Shown here: piece after piece, positions 25,517 through 37,296 of the stretch
Layout of the letters: each line of letters starts with the position of its first letter
Position numbering within the stretch: the first letter of the stretch is position 1
Origin: Podarcis vaucheri
Taxonomy: Eukaryota
Length of the DNA: 64,000 bases
Assembly (NCBI GenBank): GCA_965113315.1
Contig: OZ220371.1
Reading direction: 5' to 3' (one strand)
The notes under the pieces: generated by a model
What the model was told of the DNA's origin: nothing
Seen by the model: only the letters and a program-made list of their open reading frames with translations
Databases searched by the model: none
Made by a program: the position numbers and the translations under genes

Positions 25517-25754
25517 TTAAATCAGTTATATAGCTTTCTTCTAAATATTTGTATGCACAGACCCATATGCACAATTATTTTCTATATTATTTTTGTCCTT
25601 GGAGCATTTACTCCAGACTTAATCATAATTGAAACTCTGCTCACAGAACATTCCCACTGAAGAAAGGGAGAAGGCATTTTTTCCTTTCCTTTCCTATCTC
25701 CCTAAACTTTCTTTTGGAGGATTGGGGTTTCCTTGGTTCATCTTTGCCATTGTA

Positions 25755-25851
25755 CTTTTAATCTTTTGCTGGAAGCCGCCCAGAATGGCTGGGGTAACCC
25801 AGCCAGATGGGTGGGGTAAAAATAATAAATTATTATTATTATTATTATTAT
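25755..25851 (+). mobile_element. L2 LINE 3' tail with (ATT)n
   Basis: GGAAGCCGCCCAGAATGGCTGGGGTAACCCAGCCAGATGGGTGGGGTAAAAATAATAAATT(ATT)n. A shorter related tail lies at ~26772-26820. Confidence 0.75.
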
Positions 25852-25901
25852 TCCTCTCTATAGCAGCATCTTTGCTTTTGCTGTTTGATATAAGCAGTAC
25901 A

Positions 25902-26264
25902 GGGACGCGAGTGGCGCTGTGGTCTAAACCACTGAGCCTTGGGCTTGCCAGTCAGAAGGTTGGCGGTTCGAATCCCTGCGACGGGATGAGCTCCCGTTGC
26001 TTGGTCCCAGCTCCTGCCAACCTAGAAGTTTGAAAGCATGCCAAAGTGCAAGTAGATAAATAGGTACCGCTCTGGCGGGAAGGTGAACAGCATTTCCTTG
26101 CGCTGCTCTGGTTTTGCCAGAAGCGGCTTAGTCATGCTGGCCACATGACCCGGAAAAACTGTCTGCGGACAAACGCCAGATCCCTTGGCCAGTAAAGCAA
26201 GATGAGCACTGCAACCCCAGAGTCGTTCGCGACTGGACTTAACTATCAGGGGTCCCTTTACCTT
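25902..26264 (+). mobile_element. Sauria SINE (second subfamily)
   Basis: Full head, B box and CCTTTACCTTT tail. 11-bp TSD TATAAGCAGTA (25889-25899, 26265-26275). Confidence 0.96.
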
Positions 26265-28866
26265 TATAAGCAGTAGAAGCCAGGAAGACTGCCTTACATT
26301 TCTCAATGGAGTGTTCTAAAGTTGCCCAATGTGTCAGTGTCTATCTGTGAAGGTAAGCTGATCTGGAACTGGCCAGTGCATGTCTCAGGACACCCTTGAA
26401 GCTGGTTGCATAGTCACCAAAGAAAGAGTATGATTCCAGTATAACATAGGTAATGTCCTTTTTGATACCACAACAAAAAGACTGATGCTTCCAAAGTGCT
26501 ACCTTTGTGGTAAGGCTTCATATACAAGATTCTCCACTGATACAGTAAGAGTATGTTTAAAAATTGATTTGACAACTTTCAACTGTCTTTGCTGTCATTT
26601 GAGCACTGACATTTCAATAGGATAATATTGTGGAAAGACAAAAGGTAGTAAAGAAATAAGCAGCCCCAGTAGCTGCTGTTAAAATTATTTTAAAATCATA
26701 GAAAATAAAAATTTAAACCTAGATAGTGTAATTCATTTCATGTGCCTGTAATCTAAGGTTGCCATGTTCATTGCTGGGGTAGCCCAGTCATATGGGTGGG
26801 GTACAAGTAATAATAATAATATTTATATTTATAATAATTTGCATTCCTGTGTTATAACACTGGAATAATTTTTCAGCACTTCCCCCCAAAATGCATTAAT
26901 ATAATAAATATATTGCTTAAGAGTGATTTACAAGCCTTATAGGATACAACCATAAATTTTGAGTTTTCATTTCTAATTATTTACATTGAAACTGTGGAAG
27001 TAACTGTACAATACAGAAAAGCCATTTTGCTTTTATATAGTCACTAGCAATTCTCCAACAAGCTGTAAGATGATATGATTCTAAGCAGTACAGCTACAAT
27101 CCTACTTTGTCAAAAGGTGAGGTTATATTATGTTTTACTTCCTGGGGAAAATATGAGTAAGCAGAAAAGCAATGTCATCCCCTTTCATCTAACACTTTAA
27201 AGTTTAAATGAAGTTATTTTAGAGACCAGCAGAAAAATGACCTTATTCAGCTTTAGAAAGCAGTCTGGAACATAAATTTGTAATAAAATAGCTTTGCCAT
27301 TTTTATTTCCTTTTTCTTTTTGGCCATGCTGGAACCTGGATGTAGTCCACTTGAGACTTTATCTTAAGAGTGCTTTCTTAAGACTAACCCTTATTTAGTA
27401 ATAAAATAAATGTGTTTTATAAAGAAGTGTGGGACCCCCACGGACTTGTTTCTAGCAGCTTGTTGCAAAAAAAACCAAACCCCACAAAACCTTTTTTCTA
27501 ACTGCCGGTAAGAAACTAATTCTCATATGAGATGGAATGTTCTGTCCAATCCTGTTTCACAGTAGCTTTGAGTGCTTGACTGTACTGAAAAGGAAGGGTA
27601 TTATTTGATTGTTCATTGTTACCAGCAGAAGGCTTTCCATTGTCTTTAAATAATAATTGTCACAAAACCTTCTATAGCGTAGTTTCCATTTTGCTTTGAT
27701 CAGTGTGTATGTAGTGTGTAACATCTGTAATAGTCAATCTTGCAGCCCAATCTGGTGCATGTTTGGTAAACCCCATGAAGTTCTACAATACTTTCAGATA
27801 AGCAGGTATAGCATTGTAGACCTTGATCTCTTGTGTGTTGTGGTCATGGATGTAAAATGATTTCCAGATAGACAAATAGAATAATGGCAGTCTTATTCTC
27901 ATTGTGTGTCATTTGAATTGTTCTCGAATAATATTTCTGACACCTTTAAAGAACCAGATTGCAGCAAATGGCTTGGTTTAGATTCTTATTTTGATATGCA
28001 CATGCAAATAATCTTGATGCAAAAGTAAAGAATAGGTGGACGGACCAAATAAATTCTTATAGTCTATGGATTACTTACTGTTATGGTTCTATTTGTTGCA
28101 TCATATAATGTTTACATGCCCCCCCCCGCCCAAATATTTATAGTTACATTTTATCAAATAACATTTTCCCATTCCTACATGTTTATTCTGCCTTCAGAAA
28201 ATACAGGGGGGGAATGCAAAGAACTTGCTTTTAAAGTATGTGAATATATAAGTAGATTTATTTGTTAATGTGGGACCGCTTTCATATAAAATTTTGAGAC
28301 ACTTGTACATCCTTCCTACGAAGACAGATAAAATCCCATAAATTCTTCAATCAAAACTGAGCGAAAGATAAAAGTCTACGGAAATAGACAATATTTATGA
28401 AAGCCCATAAACAACCTTAAAAAACCTTGAGCAACATAAAAATCGCCAGTGCCAATATATAACAGGGTTGGAATTTTCTGGAATAACATTAATTTCTAAG
28501 CGTTTTGAAAATCTGAATAAAAGTTACTTAAATTCATTAGGGTGACCCATGGAGGCAAAGGGGGTGAAGGAGATAAATGTACATTTTGTATGGGTTCTGC
28601 AGTGCTTTGTGGCACTCTGGTACACATAGACAAGCAATTGTCCTTTACAGCTTTGCTATAAAGCTGTTGTTTGATTAAGAGGCGTATATACCATCTCTTC
28701 ATTCTCAAGTGTACTTCAAACTATTCACATTTTCACTGCCGTAATTGTATTGAAATTAATAGTGTTACAGAGGGACAACGAAGCAAAACAAAAAGAAGGA
28801 GATATGCAGTGGTGGTCTAGATCCTAAAACAGCATGAAATTGTCTGGCTGAAAGATTTCAACTGCT

Positions 28867-28892
28867 ATTTATTATTATTATTATTATTATTA
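28867..28892. repeat. (TTA)n microsatellite
   Basis: Direct reading. Confidence 0.9.
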
Positions 28893-30439
28893 ATGTGCCG
28901 TTTTGATTTTTCTCTCCCAAGTGTGAATTCACATGGCTCTTTGCCTGTAAAATGGTTTGTTTCAGCTGGTCCAACAGAGGTCACATTACCTGCCGTAACC
29001 TCCTTGCTTCCTACTCTGGGCTTTTGCCACATACTGTTTCTAGCGTCATAGGTAAAGCAATTGTAATAAAGATATTGCAACACAGATGTGTTACGATACG
29101 TAGCTTATATTAAAGCAATAGGAAATAATATGACAGATTTCTCATTAGTAAAATGTAATAATGGCTTACATAAAAATGAGACAGCCTATTAATATTTTCC
29201 TTAGATTCACATTTAAAAGAAAAATATTGCTATGACTGTAAGTATCCTTATGATGCATGCAAAGAAATTCATTATGCTAAAATGATCTGGCATGCCGAAA
29301 CTAGCCCGAGCTATATGAAATTTTAAAGATATTGCTGAATACCCATTCTTTAATTTTAGTAAAATAATGAAAAACATATTTTACTTTAGCTTACAACGCA
29401 TGAACATGCTAATTGATATGAAACATCTTTTTTTACATATGTATTGCAGCATCTTTCGTGGTATTAAAAACCATTTCTCTTTTTTTATATTTAACTTACT
29501 TGCAAAAGCAATTTGAGCATTTCTGTTGCCTACCCATTCACCTACATTTCTGTGACCTGTTTGTTAAAGTTGGAGTTTTGAAGATTTAAACTTTCCTTCC
29601 AGCAGGTAACAGCATATTTAAAGTAAATAAAATAGGCATGTTGTCTTTTATGTTAATATAATAGCAAAGGGATATATCTGGGATAAAGAGCAAAAAGTAA
29701 GGCATGGCATTGGGTAAGAGAAAAAAGACAATTACTTTAGGGGATGTAGATCATGCCTCACTTTTACTAGGATAAAATAATTGTATTGTAATATTATAAA
29801 ACAATAGATCCCTTCATTGTCCACCAGGAAGAAGGGGATGCCCAGCAAATACATGATGGAGATACAAGAGGCAACAATCCAACACATTTGACACAATTCT
29901 TTGTTGCGTTTGTAGATGCTCTCTTCCCATCTGGCAGTCTTTCTTTTCTTACAGAAGCAGAGTTTGAAAACAAGTCACAGTCACAGTACTTGTGCCTCTA
30001 GGTTGTTGTTGATATGCCACATCCCCTCTGTATTCATAAATTGTCATTTATTTATTAAAATTAATTAATATGTAATAAGAAACTGCTACAGTTGGGAACA
30101 ACTTCAAACTGGAGACATGTTTAAAGCAATCTGGAGTGGTTTTGAACCAGATGACATTTCCTTTAAATCATTGCCCACTTGGTGCTTGTGAGAACTGAAA
30201 AAAATGCTTTCACTTTTGCCATTTTGAATGCCGCATTTGTTATTTAATATTTTGTTCTTTGCACTTCCTTTAGACGTTTTCCTGCATGCACAGACTTTTT
30301 GGTGCATACACAAAATAGATATTATTTGTGTAATGTTTAGCCCAATTCTACACATATTTTGTAGGAAATAAGTATAATTGAGTTCTGTGTTCTCTTCAAG
30401 TTAAGTGTGAAAAGGATTGCGGTCTAACATAATTTAAAG

Positions 30440-30613
30440 CAGTGCTTTTTTTCTTTAAAAAATGTTTAGGGGTACTCTCATTTTGACTCAAGAAAAACAA
30501 GACTTTATAGTTCAAATCAGTGGAAATAAATACAGCAAATGGACAAAAGTACAAAGATTCGCAAAATGTTTAGGGGTATGCGTACCCCTGTGTACCCCCA
30601 GAAAAAAGCACTG
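30440..30613. mobile_element. hAT MITE
   Basis: TIR CAGTGCTTTTTT / AAAAAAGCACTG. Perfect 8-bp TSD ATTTAAAG (30432-30439, 30614-30621). Internal AAAATGTTTAGGGGTA repeats. Confidence 0.92.
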
Positions 30614-30653
30614 ATTTAAAGTATGAGTAGAAGTAAAAGTATTTTGCATGAAC

Positions 30654-30657
<4 letters not shown>

Positions 30658-30713
<56 letters not shown>
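30658..30713. repeat. Compound (GA)n(GACA)n microsatellite
   Basis: Direct reading. Confidence 0.97.
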
Positions 30714-32835
30714 TAAATATTTAAATGTTCTTATGGAGACCAAGGCTATCAAATACACCTCATCTGCAAGAAAACGAGGCCAGCTATATTTCTATTTATG
30801 TAGAAGTCCCAGGTGACACAAGAGTAGCACCACCTATTTTTTTGCAAATCAGATGTTACAGGACTGGCATGCCCCTTCCTGCAGATTCTTCCTTGCTCAG
30901 TTGAACCACTGAGTGAGGTTTTCACATCCTGTTAAAATACATTTATTCCTAACAAGCACACTGCTTGATTGGCACATGCATCTCCACAGCTTCCCATAGT
31001 CTAGGAATATTGAAGAAAATTATTTCTGCTTTCGTATGTTCGACCTTTTAAACAAACCCACATACCAACAGAACACAAGCACTTTGTCCCATAATAACTT
31101 CTTAGTTTGTATAATACCAATATGCTCTGGCTGAAGACCATATTAATATTAATGAAAAAATGGAAGTCTGAGATTTAGTGACTCTTGTTCCCTCCCTGCA
31201 CCACCCTTATATTAAATCCATTAGCTGAGTTGAATGCACATTAATAAATAAAAAAAGAAAGTAACTCTCTATTCAGAAACCGATTAACCTGACCTTTGCT
31301 ACACTTACGCCTTCATGTGACCACTATGATGTCTGAAGTTGACCTGTGTGCTGATGTTATCTCAGATGTAACCACTGAGGATTATTCTTTTTCTCATATG
31401 AAATGTTTGTGATTAAAATTGCTCTGCTTTTGATGGAAAGTGTTATAAATGGATCAGAAATGGTACAGCTGTGCCAAGCTTTTTTGTGAATATGATGTTT
31501 ACTAATAGGACTCATTGAAAGGCTCCCAAGTGTAAATATATATGAAATAATTTGGCAGAGTCATTAGGGAAATGATTCCGTTTATTGCTTTGTCTTTAAA
31601 ATTGGTACTGTGCAATTTATAAAAGCAATATTGACTCAGGACTCAACCGGTTCCTGGACGACCAGTGGAAAAAAATATTTGTAATTATTAAGGGTGGAAA
31701 TAATCCCTGTAGATTAATTTTTTCTACAGAATTAATAATCTCATGATCAGGGCTGTACCTTTGGACTCATAAAATATAACTTGAGATTAAATATTTTAAA
31801 CCCTTGGAGCCATATAGGTCTACTATGACTAGTTTGTTTGTTTTATTTGACAGGTACAAAACTAAGTCCACTTTTCTATTTGAGTGTTTTGAAATATATA
31901 TACAAAACAACACTGTTGGGTGTGCATGTAAAAACTGGAAGTGTGTGATCACAAAATGGAAACAGCTACCAGAGTTGCCAGTTTTCAACATTCACAGGGA
32001 TAATAACCTTGTTCCAACCATACTAAAGGGTAATAACCAGCAACACCAGTTTTCTAGATCTAGAAAAAAAAATACAAACATAGGTTCCTATATTGCAACT
32101 TTCAGTTGTTATGATTAATGGGAGGAAAGTGCAGTGCATATGAGAATAAAACCTATGAATGTCATAAAGTGAAATGTAGGAACAAAGCCACTACAAGCAG
32201 AGTCCATTGATAACTAGATCAAACTCAAGTTGCTTTGTTGTCTTCTGAATAATGGTTACTTTTACACATCCCAGTTGTGTGTACTGTGTACATATATGCA
32301 GGGTAGCGGCACGTAAGTTTTGTGCAGCTTCTCAAGTTAGCTCTCTTCAAATTAGTATTTAGTATTATATATTGATACATTTTCCCAAAACACATTCAGA
32401 CTCTGGAAAGAGAGTTCTTTGTTTTCAGGTCCTACTCGGTTCTTCAGACCGGTTAAGAATGGTTGGGTGGCAAAAAGTTAATGTTTTCCCACTACTGTAT
32501 TTGCTAAATGTCAAACCAATTGCTACAAGCAGGTGTGTGTAAACATCACTCTGATTTAGAATAAAATCAGAAAAGCCACCACTAGCAGCAACAGTTTGAG
32601 AAGGCTGATGTTTGGGGCAGAGGGTAGCAGGGGAGATGAGGTGCTTAATTATTTCCCTGTTGTCTGTTTTTGGTTTTTTTCCCCCATTGAATATGCCCTT
32701 CCTTGAACTGCACTTCCTCCCACAGGGTTCTGAAAAGCAATTTTTAGTACGCACAAAAAAGACCATCAGGGAAAGGGTGCATCCCTTTCCCAAACTTCTG
32801 AAGAGTAGCCTCCTGGGGTTAAAAGCAAGCAGGCA

Positions 32836-32840
<5 letters not shown>

Positions 32841-32874
<34 letters not shown>

Positions 32875-32875
32875 G
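32841..32875. repeat. (CAGA)n microsatellite
   Basis: Direct reading. Confidence 0.97.
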
Positions 32876-33795
32876 GGAAGTGTTAGAAACCTGTGCATAT
32901 AATGCCAAGTTGAGTATTGGATTTATCAGCAGTTGTCTCTATTTGAGACTGATTAGAATAATCAATAGAGTCCTATGTCTTAAAATACCTTTACTGGTGC
33001 GTAGAAGGCATGGTCCAGCCAAAGCAAAGCATTTTAAAGTCCCCTTACTTTTACTAGGAGAGTTAAGTATGAACTGAATTCTCTATAGTTGAAATTAAAG
33101 GTGCTTAAAATGTAGTTGGATCATACTCCATTTCTGTAACCCAGTTTTATGTTACCTATATTTGTATTACAGTAATAAAAAAAGGTTATTACACCAATAA
33201 CAATTCAGCTAGTATTTTGTTTGAGCCATAGTTTGCAATAATTTTGTTTTGGCCAGGAGTTAGTCCATCTATAACACTTGATCCAATCTCTGGGTACTAA
33301 AATTAAGATCCAGAGTACACAGAGAAACTAGGAAATGGTGAACACTGTACGTCACTTTACTGCCACCAGAATGTTTGCTGGATCAGACCAAAGGTCACTT
33401 TAGTCAGTCATTCTGTCTAACGTCTGTTTGAGCCAAACGTTCTAGGTGCAACTCCACTTAATACACGATGGTGTTATTAAACCCCTGTTTCAGATATGGC
33501 TAGCAAGGTTGCATTGAACACGGTCAGGCTTGTTTCTGAATAATCATGCATAGGACTGTTCTGCATGCAAAACCAATCCTCTGTGTATTTGTCAAGTCAT
33601 TTTTAAAAAGCCGCTGATCCTAGTTTACTTGCTGTATTATCAACTCTCTGACATATATAATATATCTCAAAAATTTTGGTCATAGTGCAAAATGTTGTAC
33701 GTATACATTATGATAGTCCTGATAATCCAAACAATTTCAACAACATTCTATGCACACAACATTAAATATTGTAGAACTTAGTGGCAGTCCTATAC

Positions 33796-33864
33796 CGCCC
33801 TGAGCCCGGCTTCAGCTGGGGAGGGCAGGATATAAATAAAATTTATTATTTTTTTATTATGTAT
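33796..33864 (+). mobile_element. Extremely 5'-truncated LINE (L2-like) 3' tail inserted in a palindromic repeat
   Basis: CGCCCTGAGCCCGGCTTCAGCTGGGGAGGGCAGGATATAAATAAAATTTATTATT flanked by TATAC (33791-95, 33865-69). Confidence 0.6.
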
Positions 33865-36800
33865 TATACACATTCACTTGGGAATAAGTCCCGTTGAACT
33901 CAATGAAGCTTACTTCTGAGTAGACATGTATCGGCTTCCACAGTAAGCTGTTTAACATCTTTATTTCCTGTACTTGACAGCGTGCCCATCTTAATAATGT
34001 TCAGCATGAAATACAGTCACCAAGCTGTATGGACATATCAAAGCTATAGCTTCAGTTTATACACCATTATTCATATGTCTGGCATATGTGTGGAAAGCCC
34101 TGTCCCTTTATTTCCTGAGCAAAATCACTTCACAAAGCATCATTCGATGCATATGAACTGAAAATATTTGTGCAACCTAGAGAGAGAATTAATGGAAGCA
34201 TTTCTGTATGAGCTCAGCCTGATTGCTTAAACTAGTGCTATAAAAGGGGCAACAAAGAAGGAATAAATACAATCGTAATCAGTTTTGTCCTCATCTTGCA
34301 CAGGAGCCTCATTTCCAGAGATAAATTAAAGATAATCCCACCGCTTGACTCTGCATCTTTTTGCCTAATACAGTACTTCTGCTAATAAGAATCCCCAGTT
34401 AAAAAGTTAAAATATAATTATGAATGAAAGAGCAGAGAATTGTTATTATACATGTTAATCAGTGAGAACAGAGCTCTTGACTCTCTTACTTTGAACAGAG
34501 ATCTCCCACTGTTTATGCAGAGCCTCCTATCTCCTCTTGAAGAAAGCCTTTGCCTTCGAGAAAGTGACTGTTGCTCTCTGTGCCTGCAGCAGTCCCTTCT
34601 GCCTTCTGTCAGTAACACCAAGGGAGAGAGGCCCCTTCATATAACTTTGGGGAAACTCTGTCTCTTGAAGCTTATTCCTTGCTGTTAAGGACTCATTAGC
34701 TATTATAGTACAATTAGGACAATACTTATGTCTGAGCATTTAATGGTAATTGACTAGCTAATAATTTGTATTAATGGAAAAAGGACGGAGTGTCTGCGTT
34801 GATAGCAGAATGGTTTCTGTTAATCCAGAACATTTATTGCATTTTCCCCCCTCACTGCCACCTTCTTCTTGCCTTCAGTTCTTTGAGTGTTTTGGTTGTG
34901 ATAGCACATCTTGCTGTATAGCAGTAACATCTTTCCATGGGGGAATATGGCCCCTTACTTAGTGCCCAGAAAATTGCTTGGAATATTTGATGGGATGCCT
35001 CAGAGCTGTCCAGGAAGATAAACTACCACCCTGATAAACATGCATAACTTCTGCTATCAAGGATGTTTAATAATTTCTAAACCTAATTCTTCACTAACCA
35101 TAACATGTTGTGCTTTTACTATTTTAAGTAAAATGCTCTGCCCTTTTTATCATGTCTAACCCCCAGCAAACCCTCCACCCCACTAATATCTCAATGATTT
35201 ATTGTACCTTACAAATTTAACGTTTTAAAGGGAACCACAAACTATTATACTAATATTTTCCCTTTTTATTTTGGTATGAGCAGCAAACTCTGGTAAAGTA
35301 TTGGGGAGATCTGATAAAATATCATTGGTTGACTAACTACACTTGGCTTTTTCTTTTTGATGTTTGTTTCTTGATGTAATTGTTTCTGATATAGAAATAT
35401 TCTGTTTTTTTCTGTGCAATTACGGCACGTTTTCCAAACAGAACATATCTGGACATTTTAAACTCGGATTAATTTACTTATTTCCATAAACCTTTAAGGG
35501 CTATGAAGGATAACACTGGCCAAGATCCAGCCTAAATTAAATACTTTGAAGTGTCATCAATGTATGCTTACATTTCTCAAATTGTGATTCTGGAACTTCA
35601 AAGTATTGGCTTTGACTGGGTTGTATGCATTAATAAGGAGAAACTTAATAAATCTTTTTCTTCTTCTTCTATGATGTAAATAATAGTTTCTACCTACTTA
35701 ACCAAAAAACAACCAGCTAAAGTAGCATAGCTTCTACTACAGAAATTATGTTCATCTGTGCTCTTTTACTATGTCATTTTAAATGCTAGATTAAAGTAAA
35801 CAGGATATGGGTATGTGTGTGTGATTTTTGCATGGTTTCTTTGCAATAAAATGTGTCCATTATTTATTGCCATGGATTACATTATTTAGCAAAGATATAT
35901 CACGAGTATGGGATGATGTGGTTTCCTTGTTTGACTGTGAACAGTACATATCATTTCAAGTAAATTTACCAAAAAAATTGCATTGACCACATGCATATAA
36001 TCTGTTTACAGTAAGAATCAGAAGGGTAAAAACAAATGCTATATCTATCATATGAAAAATATAGCCTTTTGTTTATTTTGCTGTAAAAAAGCTAACCTGG
36101 ATAACTGTTGAAAATTAATAAAAAGGGGGGGAGGGAAACTATACAGAAGATGGTTGAAGGACCCTTGTATTGTACATTGGAAATGAAACATGGGCATAGC
36201 CTATGTGCACAAGGACTCCATGTCCTGTCTTCTCTCTCTTACAGCTGCTGCTGCATTAAGTGCTATAAGGATGCAGCAAAAAGCAGCCTACTATTTCTTG
36301 TGAAGGTGCAGAAATGTTTCTCTGCCGTCATAGAAATTCTGTGACACAGTGATTCCCATCAGTTTTACATTAGTGGATTCCCCCCCCCCAATTGATACAA
36401 AGTCTCAGTTCAATCTAGGAGGAAAATCTAAAGAAAATGAAACCTAATAATAAATTGCTGCCGAATTTGTGGTGAGAGGGACCTTCATGATTGTTTCACT
36501 GTTTTAAAAATATTCCTTTTCATTTCACCTTCTGTCAAACCATTCCTGTGGGTGGGTGGGTGTAGGTGTACACTGTTTTAACTGAATTCTGTAGCATAAG
36601 CAATTTACACCTCATTCCTATAAGGCTTTTGTTGGCGTAACTGCCTCTCATTCTCTTGCATGTCATCGTAATGCCAACTGCATTGGTGCTGCATCTGCAT
36701 AACTGGACTTGGTTACCTGAAAAAATATTTGCCTCAGCTATTGAGTAAGGGCATTAAGATCAGCAAATAGAAACAAACTTTTTCACTGGTGGCACCAGTA

Positions 36801-37178
36801 TTATGGACTGCCCTCCCTGCTAAAATTCGAGAGTATTGGTGTTTTGCTGATTCTTGATGACATGCCTGTTTTCAAGCATTTCCCTAAATTTGAACTTCCT
36901 GTTCTAATTAATTGTTCTTTTAACTGTTTTAATCATTGTGCTTTTTAACAGGCTTGTTTTATTGTAAATAAGAACCTTGAGCAGAGTCAGGCTTGGATGA
37001 TAATTATTTTATTGTGTATGTATTTCAAGTACATACCAATTTTGTAATTTATATTATTCTAAACTGCTTAGAATAATTCAAGCCAAAACTCTTCACTACA
37101 ACCCTGAGTGGAGTCAGGCTTCTACTTGATGCTTAAGCAGCCTCTGCAACCCCTTCTGCATTTGTGCACCTGTGTCAT

Positions 37179-37296
37179 GTTTAGAAGGATCAGGTAGCAG
37201 GTGATGTGAAAGACCCCTGCTTGAGACCATGGAGAGCGGCTGCTAATCAGAGCAGGTAATGGGCTAGATAGGCATACTCAGGTATAAGGCAGCTTT
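37179..37296 (+). mobile_element. Squam3-like SINE, 5'-truncated
   Basis: AAGGATCAGGTAGCAGGTGATGTGAAAGACCCCTGCTTGAGACCATGGAGAGCGGCTGC..GTATAAGGCAGCTT. Confidence 0.75.
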
